Assembly: GCA_017421025.1 (NCBI GenBank)
Contig: JAFQME010000024.1
Span: 68,134 to 132,133, forward strand
Direction of reading: 5' to 3'
Source: Oscillospiraceae bacterium
GTDB taxonomy: Bacteria; Bacillota; Clostridia; Oscillospirales; JAAYXM01
DNA: 64,000 nt
The notes beneath the pieces are model-generated. The model saw only the letters and a program-made list of their open reading frames with translations, was not told where the DNA came from and made no database searches. Every line of letters begins with the position of its first letter. Positions within the stretch are counted from its first letter, which is position 1. Of this stretch, positions 8,901 to 15,974 are shown in pieces. Position numbers and translations under genes: made by a program.

Positions 8901-11248
8901 CGTCTGAGGAGATTTTGTGCGACACCAATCTGATTTCTTCGACAGAAGGCCTGATGATGATGTCAGTCCGACTCGTTGGTAATTTTGGAGCAGGAAAAGA
9001 CAAAGCACTTCAGCTTTTGACTGTTATGCTCAATGAACTCCTGCGCTCCATGTTCCCTTCGGTAATTGACTCAATTGCTGTTTGTCCGGTTCTTAAGGAA
9101 GAATTCACCGATGAAGAGAGTGCCCAAGTGTTGGCGAAGTATCCGAAAGTAACCTTTGATGGTGTTGATGAAGCGGTCAGCAAAGATGAGTTTAATTTTA
9201 TCATTGTTGAGGACAGTGAAACGGATCTCGGTGTGGTTTCGGTTCTTTTACGAGCCGGCGATGATTTGCTGCGCACTTTGTTTGCTCCGATTAACGGTTA
9301 TTTAGAGTGGTATTTTTCCGCAGAACAAAAAAGTGAATATCTCTATTTTGGTATGGATCATGAGCCTGCATGTTTTGATTTCTCAATGTTGCGTGATGTT
9401 TCCCGTATTTTAGGCGATCGTAAACACGACATTCGTTTTGTTGAGTTATCGGAAATTGTGGAATATGAGGAATGCAGTTTCTGCGGAAAGCGGTATCGCA
9501 AGGGCGATTCAATCAATCGCCTGGGAGATGGTCGCTTGATGTGTAAAGAATGTGCTGAGCATTTGGTTGGTAACAACAAAAAGGTTCTCAAAGCACATTT
9601 GGAACGCGCAAAACTGTATTTGGAAAACACCTATGGAATTCGCTTGGATGAGGATTATGAATTCTGCTTTGAGTCCACTGTGAAACTGGCAAATACATTA
9701 AAGCAGAATCGTGAACTGCATCGTCAAGGTGCCGATGTTTCGCTGAAGAGTTACATTGACGAAAGCAAACGTGTGCATGTGGAATGTGATCTTCCGTCGG
9801 CAAATCTGTCTGAGCTTTTGGTGCGTGAACTCACTCATGTGTGGCAACTTTCGCATCTTAAGGGTGTGGAGAATCTTCTTTCGGGACACCTTGCATTGGT
9901 TGGCGTACAGTATCTGCGTTCCTTAAAAGAAAATGGACTTGCAGATTCACGTACTGCATACTTTGAAAGCACCGAAGCGGTTTCCGGTGTTGAATATCGT
10001 ACCTTGGTGCAGGAACTGCTGCTTCACCCTGAGTTTGGGAATAATCCGTTCCTCTATTTGCTGAAAACTGCCGGCATTTCGTCCGGAGACGAGGCAATGC
10101 CAATTCCACCGGAACTTGTTGAAAACGGATCTTACGGTGAACCGTATGTTCCGTCAGAGCCGGACCGTGCAACCGATGGAACCTTAAAGTATTTCTATCG
10201 AGAGCGGTTGACTGAGAGTCAGCGTGGAATGTATGATACAGTGCTTGAGGCACTTTGTAATCATGAGGAGAGTGTTGATCTCGCAGGAATCGAATTTGAG
10301 GATGCCAAAATCATCATTGAATCGATTGCGTATGACCATCCTGAGTTGTTCTGGATGAAGGAACATTATTCCTTAAGTGCAGACCGCTTGACCTTAAATT
10401 ATGGTTGCACTGCAGAAGAAGCACGTGTAATGGAAGCACGCATGGAACCTGTTATTTCCAAATTCCTCGATGGAATCACTCCTGAGATGAGTGCGTATGA
10501 TGTTGCTGTTATGCTCTATCGTCGTATCTTGAAGATGGTGGATTATGATACCATTGCGCTGAACAAAGAGCGGGAGCACGGCGGACCGGATCACAACAAG
10601 ATTGACATGCTTCGTGCAATTTGTGGTGTGTTTACCGACGGTAAGGCGGTTTGCGAGGGCTATGCACGTGCATTGCAGTATCTCCTGCAAAAGTGCGGAG
10701 TGGAATGCGCTGAGGCAGCGGGTATGGTGCATAAAGGAAACGGAGAAGAAGGCAGTCCGCATGCATGGAATATTGTCAAAATTGATGGAGATTATTATTA
10801 TCTCGATGTAACTTGGGACGATGATTCCAATACAGTTCAGTCTGTGAAGCAACCGAGAAATCAGGGGTATGCCTATTTCTGTATCACAACCGAGGAACTC
10901 AGTCGCTCTCGTGATACTTCGCTCTGTCCGGTTGCAATGCCGGTTTGTGATGCGGTTCGTGCAAACTATTTCGTTCATAACGGACTTGTGCTCGAGGCCT
11001 ATGATTTGAAAAAACTGAAAGAGATTGCAAAAGCTACTGCAGAAAGCGGCAATAACTTCATTACCTTTAAATGCACATCCAAAGCAGTTTACGATACAGC
11101 GATGGAAAATTTGTTCACCAAAGGTGATGATGTCTTTGCACTTGCAAAAGTTGCGGCAAAAGCAAACAAGAGTTTAAAGAGTGGACGTGTTTCCTATACG
11201 TGGGATGATCAAATGCTCGTTGTTTGCATCATTATGGAGATGAAGTGA
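5999..11248 (+). CDS. 1749-aa polytopic membrane protein: ~5 N-terminal TM helices + degenerate SF2-helicase/DUF1998-like body + Cys4 zinc ribbon + C-terminal transglutaminase-like cysteine-peptidase core
   Basis: AAGGAGG RBS. TM helices at nt ~6005-6688. CxxC-x19-CxxC at nt 9473-9553. RELTHVWQLSH at nt 9824-9856. Transglutaminase core CEGYARAL...HAWNIV...YYYLDVTWDD with Cys1552 (nt 10652), His1588 (10760) and Asp1603 (10805). Confidence 0.85.
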   Translation: MGLLIFILKLILVLVITALPAVPFVLEYITLKRDQEQKISFKRLRVLLYTLGYLIVATILLCFIDGLITWLRDLPVLKQVFDLLEACIEGIAKKLSLVTRYGYYTKVVGVIVLNFFIGMIYRWVSKVVRIGLKKKDLTKPKKGKHFTRIQRFERRVICFFHNETWFFVAEILKFFNLALSALYLGVFLLYQLPGVFGFNWLPFDFIYMLFESGYLFPAVTMLVLWQSYFFLEGIRRVRDECPELLEEEKEELATKEVDLAAIDEAVKKQFADYYVCDLDLSDQVAAEIFSADHHPLTQFIGQAVERDERSPHLPNDTYLTAMDGLFSSEKSALISGSFFTEFARYFLRYLSIILSRGDNVIFVCNTESQIESVYEFLNEALASITSLYCKEFSKDAVDFDDPIWRIVKVSGEHDSISEAMVDDSNVLVTSLGYLCSNRFETEHSRFVPMVDSVVFVDTLTTINCYHRQVAILNNRLKHIARENSNVVRNAENKSNFQRYLSRKIRYFCFDDSRTPGLDKVLKNMLSVNLESLDIMCYSRSTLVRCYNYEGRLDGSGRQVLPQFFHSEEEVGALINVAILCLAKGANSVNIFADGAIPFENYAETIAANRGQVLVKADGNNICINRHRYDADGYSVVIAMDSGDNLPATLRRYISMMPEKPTLVIVFSRPYLLRDFYQSNLKALWSASQLERIPVEEGTRKDLAQRILVKANAGGITTAEVMQLASNIPQLNGFVQAGDLNAILRIVLECYGVPKEERIDLFTYFEYAASHTFDANGKYVSEERIFLRRKGKLFDLINGRNMVVLSIGDQEQMLPVPKSRLTQNFIAGQNVLFDGKIYHILKVDTASGKLYGRLAVGGKNDEVYEYLQKREYHVELSHGEGETNIEKVFQTKHLVLNENEGSVGLTDAFVSVFRAPAEVLTYGYFDVDPHTMTRSFKDGRYHSICDANNDLLFKQTYRRYGTISNPKISSEEILCDTNLISSTEGLMMMSVRLVGNFGAGKDKALQLLTVMLNELLRSMFPSVIDSIAVCPVLKEEFTDEESAQVLAKYPKVTFDGVDEAVSKDEFNFIIVEDSETDLGVVSVLLRAGDDLLRTLFAPINGYLEWYFSAEQKSEYLYFGMDHEPACFDFSMLRDVSRILGDRKHDIRFVELSEIVEYEECSFCGKRYRKGDSINRLGDGRLMCKECAEHLVGNNKKVLKAHLERAKLYLENTYGIRLDEDYEFCFESTVKLANTLKQNRELHRQGADVSLKSYIDESKRVHVECDLPSANLSELLVRELTHVWQLSHLKGVENLLSGHLALVGVQYLRSLKENGLADSRTAYFESTEAVSGVEYRTLVQELLLHPEFGNNPFLYLLKTAGISSGDEAMPIPPELVENGSYGEPYVPSEPDRATDGTLKYFYRERLTESQRGMYDTVLEALCNHEESVDLAGIEFEDAKIIIESIAYDHPELFWMKEHYSLSADRLTLNYGCTAEEARVMEARMEPVISKFLDGITPEMSAYDVAVMLYRRILKMVDYDTIALNKEREHGGPDHNKIDMLRAICGVFTDGKAVCEGYARALQYLLQKCGVECAEAAGMVHKGNGEEGSPHAWNIVKIDGDYYYLDVTWDDDSNTVQSVKQPRNQGYAYFCITTEELSRSRDTSLCPVAMPVCDAVRANYFVHNGLVLEAYDLKKLKEIAKATAESGNNFITFKCTSKAVYDTAMENLFTKGDDVFALAKVAAKANKSLKSGRVSYTWDDQMLVVCIIMEMK

Positions 11249-11313
11249 TGCCGAAAACAAAACGTTCATCTTGTGAACACTACGTGAAAAAACCATAATC
11301 TGAAAAGATTCAA

Positions 11314-11364
11314 CAGTCCTCCGGCGCAGGGATCACCCCTGCATCGGGGGACTGGTTGTTTTTT
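11314..11364 (+). terminator. Rho-independent terminator closing the tubulin-like operon
   Basis: Nested GC-rich hairpin CAGTCCTCC..GCAGGG-ATCAC-CCCTGC..GGGGGACTG followed by TTGTTTTTT. Confidence 0.7.
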
Positions 11365-11489
11365 GCAAAAAGTGCTTAAAATCAACAGAATTCGACGAAT
11401 AAAGCGTTCATATTTCCTTATTCGTGCTCTCTTTTTGTCCGTTTTTTTGGACATGGGGGATGGTAGAATAGAGTTACAAAAGAGGACAC

Positions 11490-11518
11490 TTGCTGAACTA
11501 CCCTTTTTATGTTATAAT
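11490..11518 (+). promoter_or_regulatory. Sigma-70-type promoter (TTGCTG-17-TATAAT, TG-extended) upstream of the phage-like element
   Basis: TTGCTG 11490-11495, 17-nt spacer ending in TGT, TATAAT 11513-11518. It lies ~125 nt upstream of the ATG at 11643. Confidence 0.5.
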
Positions 11519-11642
11519 ACGAACATAAGTTTGATATTTATAATTTATCATAATTAAAAAATAAATACAAACAAGTTTCTGTAGAAGAAAAGAGTAGAGA
11601 AAAAGAAAAAGTAATAAAAAGAAAAAGAGAGGAGAAAAGAAG

Positions 11643-12389
11643 ATGAGTATTTGGGATGGAAGACTCAAAGATCCGAAAGATTATCTGGAGCTCAAGTGCA
11701 AGACGTATAATTCCGCACCCGGGAAGCTCACGGGATATGACTGCCCGATTTGCAAAAACCGTGGCGTGATTGCTCAGCCGGGAGAACGGGATGTGGTGTT
11801 TCGTTGGTGCAGCTGTCGGGAAAAGCGATTGATGCTGAAGAATCTTGAAAAGAGCGGAATCACACGGCTGAATACGTTTGAGGAATTTCTTTGCCCGGAG
11901 AAATGGCAATCAAAAGTCAAGGGGCGGGCAAAAGCGTTTGCCGAGCGGGATTGGGGTTGGTTTTACATGAGTGGTCAGCCCGGCTGCGGCAAGACCCTGC
12001 TTTGCACCGGGATTGTCAACCGTTTCCTGGAGCGAGGAAAGAGCGTGCGGTACTTCTTATGGCGTGAGGATGGAACACGACTCAAAGCCTTGGCGGGGGA
12101 TATCGCTTACCGTGAGGCGATTGAGCCGTATAAGACCTGCGAGGTGCTGTATATTGACGATTTGTTTAAGGGGGCGGTGACGCAGGGGGACTTAAACCTT
12201 GCCTTTGAACTCTTAAACCACCGTTACCTGGCGGGGAGTATCACCTTGATTTCAAGCGAAAAGAGTGTGTCGGAGTTGGTGGCACTCGATGAAGCGATTG
12301 GGAGTCGGGTGTATGAAAAAACACGGGAAAACCGATTCCATATCCCAAATTCAAAACACAAGAACTGGAGGTTGAACGAATGGAACTGA
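11643..12389 (+). CDS. DnaC/IstB-like AAA+ ATPase (PBSX XkdC-like replication protein)
   Basis: Walker A GQPGCGKT and Walker B VLYIDDL. N-terminal CPIC...CSC zinc motif. GAGGAG RBS. Confidence 0.75.
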   Translation: MSIWDGRLKDPKDYLELKCKTYNSAPGKLTGYDCPICKNRGVIAQPGERDVVFRWCSCREKRLMLKNLEKSGITRLNTFEEFLCPEKWQSKVKGRAKAFAERDWGWFYMSGQPGCGKTLLCTGIVNRFLERGKSVRYFLWREDGTRLKALAGDIAYREAIEPYKTCEVLYIDDLFKGAVTQGDLNLAFELLNHRYLAGSITLISSEKSVSELVALDEAIGSRVYEKTRENRFHIPNSKHKNWRLNEWN

Positions 12390-12673
12390 ACGCAAAGAAA
12401 TACGATCTCATGCGCTATCGGATGCTGAAAGCACGTGCAAGAGGTGCACTGGATGCAGGAAACACAACCCTTGCCCACGAACTCGCTTCGTGCGCCGAGG
12501 TGTTTCGCTTAGAACTCATTGACCGTATCTCCCACATCGAGGACGAGCGGGTACGCACCGTGCTCAGCCTGCGCTATTTGCATGGCTTGGACTGGGAAAC
12601 CATAGCCGAACAAATGTTCTTTAGTGTGCGTTGGGTGATGAAGCTCCACAGAAAGGGGATCGAGGTGCTATGA
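12380..12673 (+). CDS. Sigma-70 region-4-type HTH protein (Xpf/DUF1492-like late-gene regulator)
   Basis: 97 aa. C-terminal LSLRYLHGLDWETIAEQMFFSVRWVMKLHRKGIEVL resembles a sigma region 4 HTH. Its position between the XkdC-like gene and terS matches xpf in PBSX. Confidence 0.5.
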   Translation: MELNAKKYDLMRYRMLKARARGALDAGNTTLAHELASCAEVFRLELIDRISHIEDERVRTVLSLRYLHGLDWETIAEQMFFSVRWVMKLHRKGIEVL

Positions 12674-12981
12674 CCCCAAGGCAAAAGAAATTCTGTCATG
12701 AGTATCTGCTGTGTGAGGATGCGAGCGAGGCGGCGCACCGTGCCGGCTATCAGAATCCCGAACAGGCGGGAGAACGGTTGATGGGTGAGCGTGAGGTGCA
12801 GGAGTATCTGGAGGAGATTGCGGTGGCAGATCTCTTTGAGGTGCGTGCATTTCTCACACGGGCACTCCGAGGCGGCGGCAGCATGGCGGAGCGCATCAAG
12901 GCGGCGGATATGCTCTTAAAATGCGGCATTTCCCAAAAGACCGAGCCCGTGGTGATTTTCGGGGAGGGGGATTTGCAGTAG
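12670..12981 (+). CDS. terS: Terminase small subunit
   Basis: MTPRQKKFCHEYLLCEDASEAAHRAGYQNPEQAG is typical of a Terminase_2 N-terminus. ATGA start/stop overlap with the upstream gene (start 12670 preferred over 12631). Confidence 0.8.
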   Translation: MTPRQKKFCHEYLLCEDASEAAHRAGYQNPEQAGERLMGEREVQEYLEEIAVADLFEVRAFLTRALRGGGSMAERIKAADMLLKCGISQKTEPVVIFGEGDLQ

Positions 12982-13041
12982 CAAACCGGAGTATGATGCA
13001 ATCCGGTGGGAAACGCTCGATGCACAAAGGAGGAAAAACCC

Positions 13042-13382
13042 ATGAACGAGAAACAATACACGAAATACACGGTGGATTTTCGGAATGTCAAGCACTTTTT
13101 GGAGGTGCATTTCGTGATTCGGGAGGGGCTGGATTTTCCCGATTATTACGGATGGAACCGGGATGCGTTTTGGGACTGCATCACCGAGCCGTTTGGGGAG
13201 TCGGTCCTTTGGGGATTGAAGTGCTGGAACAATTCGATGATGATGCGTATATGCTGTTATCAACTCTCAAAGAATGGAAAAAATATGAGTTGCAATTGGG
13301 AAGAGAAAACCGAATCGAGGTCGTCCGAGGAGATCGGTGCATTGAAATCGATGATTATCCGATCGAGACGTTATGTCCGTAG
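13042..13382 (+). pseudogene. Barstar-family (barnase inhibitor) gene disrupted by a frameshift
   Basis: The N-terminal half (MNEKQYTKYTVDFRNVKHFLEVHFVIREGLDFPDYYGWNRDAFWDCITEPFGES) is in the frame of ORF 13006. The C-terminal half (PLGIEVLEQFDDDAYMLLSTLKEWKKY...IEIDDYPIE) is in the frame of ORF 12921. The switch is near 13195-13215. Both halves align to the intact copies at 35884 and 36501. Confidence 0.7.
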
Positions 13383-13455
13383 GATGAACGAACTGGAGAA
13401 TTCATAAGCGAACAAACGTTTTTCGAGGGCGGATCATGAGGCGTGCGTCAAGGGG

Positions 13456-14529
13456 ATGTTTGAGAAGATTGCAAAGACCATCCGTGAGGATCTCAAAAAC
13501 GGGGAATGGCACAACGATTTCCTCAAAGATGCCGAGGCAGATCGCTTGCGTGAAGCGGTGCAGCACCTTGAAAAATGCGGGGTTTCGTGCTATGATTTAA
13601 GAGATCTGATCGGAAAACTTGATTGGTATATCGATGCGAATGAAAACCGTGTTCGTAAGCTGCAGAAATCGCTCAATGCATTGCGGATTTCCCCATCGCT
13701 TTTGGAAGATGGAATTTTGGGTGCAAAAACCATTTCGGCGTGGGGGGATTTTTACAAAGAATTCCAAAATGCAAACTGCCCGAAACTACAGTGGAAAACG
13801 GCTCCGTTGCGTGCGGGAACCACTGATGTTTCGGAGCTTGAGAAACTCAGTCAATCAATGTCCGGGTATGGGGTGTTGGAGAAAGGGCTAAAGAATATGG
13901 AGTCTGTAGCGACAAAAATAAAAGCTGGAGAATGGCAAAAGAATTTTCGAGAATTGCACGAATTGTTTCCGAGTCTTCGCTCTGCGAGTTACCTGTCAGA
14001 TAATTTTTTTATTTCTCAAAGAGCAAAGCGCTTTTTAGATGATATGGGATCTTCTGTTCGTGTCGTTGAAAAAGCAGGGAACGTGTTTGCCGTTGCAGGA
14101 GTTGTGGCAGATGCGCTGATTGCAGGGGCTGAAGTTTATGATGATGTAAAATATGATGGAAAACTAGGACGAAAAGGATATGGTGCAGTTTTAGGAACGG
14201 CGACAAGTTATGCAATCGGATCGATGATTAGCAATTGGGGTGGTGGTCTGACGATCGGTGCAAAGTTAGGCGCAGTTTTTGGACCGGCGACAAGTTATGC
14301 AATCGGATCGATGATTAGCAATTGGGGTGGTGGTCTGACGATCGGTGCAAAGTTAGGCGCAGTTTTTGGACCGACAGGTGCTGTGATCGGTGCGGTTGTT
14401 GTTCCAATCATATTGACAATTGTTGGGGAAGAAACGGCCGGATCACTTGTGCGATGGGTTGTGGAGGTTACCGATCTCAAAAAGGAACTGTACGGACCTA
14501 CTATGGCAAAACATTTTAGTTTGGAGTGA
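13456..14529 (+). CDS. 357-aa protein with PG_binding_1-like motif and C-terminal glycine-zipper membrane region (candidate membrane-active toxin/lysis factor)
   Basis: RVRKLQKSLNALRISPSLLEDGILGAKTISAW (nt ~13648-13755) fits the peptidoglycan-binding-domain pattern. The C-terminus has a GxxxG/A-rich hydrophobic region with a duplicated 29-aa unit. There is no signal peptide. Confidence 0.6.
   Translation: MFEKIAKTIREDLKNGEWHNDFLKDAEADRLREAVQHLEKCGVSCYDLRDLIGKLDWYIDANENRVRKLQKSLNALRISPSLLEDGILGAKTISAWGDFYKEFQNANCPKLQWKTAPLRAGTTDVSELEKLSQSMSGYGVLEKGLKNMESVATKIKAGEWQKNFRELHELFPSLRSASYLSDNFFISQRAKRFLDDMGSSVRVVEKAGNVFAVAGVVADALIAGAEVYDDVKYDGKLGRKGYGAVLGTATSYAIGSMISNWGGGLTIGAKLGAVFGPATSYAIGSMISNWGGGLTIGAKLGAVFGPTGAVIGAVVVPIILTIVGEETAGSLVRWVVEVTDLKKELYGPTMAKHFSLE
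14200..14373 (+). repeat. Perfect 87-bp tandem duplication (2 copies) inside the glycine-zipper region
   Basis: 14200-14286 equals 14287-14373 by eye. Each copy encodes ATSYAIGSMISNWGGGLTIGAKLGAVFGP. Confidence 0.85.
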
Positions 14530-14535
14530 GGAATT

Positions 14536-15261
14536 GTGTATCCGAAGTGGCTTGCGAAGTTGATCGTTGCGACAAATGGGTTTGCCGAAGCGACCGGAAT
14601 GAAACACGCATATGTGGTGCGTGAGAAGAATGTATACCGTGTGTTCGGGATTGCGGACCTACACCGGGAGAAATTACTCTCGCTTGCGATGCGGATGCTT
14701 TGCGAGTTTTCTGCGCCGTTTGGTGTCATTACCTCGTTTTCGCGTGACCCTGAGCCGGTGTTGACCCCGGAAGAAAAACTGCGTTTCCGCCTTGAGCGGG
14801 AAGGTGCGGTTTTGGTGGAAGAAGATCGTTTTTCCGTGGCGAGTTTTGGGGCTCGCCGTGACATTTTAGAGGAAATAGGACACGATGTAACAGCATGGGG
14901 CAAGAACCGTCGGATTTGGGACGGGATGTACATGGAACTCTTCCCTCGGGAATGTTTCCCGAACGATCCGCTTTCCCGGTGGAAAGCAGGCAATTGGGAG
15001 CCGGAACTGACGCTTGCAACCGAGTTGTATCATATGCCGCCCGGGCTCCCCGGACAAAGCCGCAGAGAGCCGTTGTTTTGTGCGTTGTCGGTTTTTTGTG
15101 TGTCTGTCAAATTGCCGCACGGAAGCTCACCGCGCGTGGCACAAGGCTTAGAACACTGGCTTGCGACCGCACTTTCGGAATTGGATTTTTCTGCGGAGTG
15201 GTATGTGACCGGGAAATTGCCCGACTGCGAAGAGCGGATGTTTCAGCGGGAATTTCTGTAA
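14536..15261 (+). CDS. Paralog 1 of a three-member hypothetical family (candidate immunity-like protein)
   Basis: GTG start inside the conserved junction AGTTTGGAGTGAGGAATTGTGTAT (14518-14541). Shares the FGIADLH, WDGMYMELF and AEWYVTG blocks with the 15975 and 16753 genes. Confidence 0.7.
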   Translation: MYPKWLAKLIVATNGFAEATGMKHAYVVREKNVYRVFGIADLHREKLLSLAMRMLCEFSAPFGVITSFSRDPEPVLTPEEKLRFRLEREGAVLVEEDRFSVASFGARRDILEEIGHDVTAWGKNRRIWDGMYMELFPRECFPNDPLSRWKAGNWEPELTLATELYHMPPGLPGQSRREPLFCALSVFCVSVKLPHGSSPRVAQGLEHWLATALSELDFSAEWYVTGKLPDCEERMFQREFL

Positions 15262-15303
15262 CCGAACGGCGGAATGGGTTTTTGACAGTGAGGAGGAAAC
15301 AGG

Positions 15304-15957
15304 ATGAAAATCAAAGAGTTTTTTGAAAATTTGCTCATAAAATTTTTTGATCGGGTGTTTGATTGCCTTGGCATTCATGGGTGTGAGGAGTGGGAGGATA
15401 CCTACTTGATGAATGAGTGCATACGATATCCCTATTATGTGGATGGGGTTCCGCCCGAATATGCTCTGCTTACCTGTTATCCCGATCCGGTTTGGGGCGG
15501 CGATTGGGACTTCCCTTTGGTCGTGTGGGAGGTGCTGGAAACCCTCCTTGCAGGAAAGTGCGCGGTTGTGCGGCTTTCTTCCTGGGCGCCCAAGGGAGTA
15601 GAGTTTGTGAAAGACGAGCTTTCTCACATAGAATCCGTGTATCTCACAGGTGAGGAAATCTATGTGGTGTCAAACGGGATGAATCCTGCACTTGGGGACG
15701 TGATTGCTGCCAGAGCAGGTGAATTTGACCTGATTTGGGAAGTGTTTGGGGGATGCAGTTTCGTTGGAGGAAATTTTGAGGATGCGGAAGAGGCATATAC
15801 GATCGGTGCGAAAGTCTTTTTGGACTTGAGTTTTGGAGAGCATTGTGGTGCACAGTTTGTGTTTTCTGATCCTGCGGATCGGGAAACGGCAAGGAGCGTG
15901 TTGGCTGAAGTATGCCGCAAATACGGAAAGAAGCTGATCGAATCGAATGAGAGATGA
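15304..15957 (+). CDS. Hypothetical protein (217 aa), intercalated in the paralog array
   Basis: GAGGAGGA RBS. No motif recognised. Its stop abuts the second conserved junction. Confidence 0.65.
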   Translation: MKIKEFFENLLIKFFDRVFDCLGIHGCEEWEDTYLMNECIRYPYYVDGVPPEYALLTCYPDPVWGGDWDFPLVVWEVLETLLAGKCAVVRLSSWAPKGVEFVKDELSHIESVYLTGEEIYVVSNGMNPALGDVIAARAGEFDLIWEVFGGCSFVGGNFEDAEEAYTIGAKVFLDLSFGEHCGAQFVFSDPADRETARSVLAEVCRKYGKKLIESNER

Positions 15958-15974
15958 GTTTGGAGTGAGGAATT

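Noticed and set aside
9824-9856. RELTHVWQLSH as an active HExxH zinc-metalloprotease motif
   Set aside because: The first His is Arg, so the canonical HExxH is absent. I kept it only as a possible degenerate DA1/WLM-like remnant.
11461-11472. Shared 9-mer TAGAATAGA at 11464-11472 and 36950-36958 as a candidate att core flanking the phage-like element
   Set aside because: It is too short to be significant. At least the right-hand copy sits in a -10 promoter context. No integrase is present to support site-specific integration.
11363-11557. 64-aa plus-strand ORF and the 11538-11909 minus-strand ORF in the island/prophage junction
   Set aside because: The region is low-complexity and AT- or purine-rich, with no RBS. 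The ORFs overlap promoter and leader features, so they are more likely non-coding.
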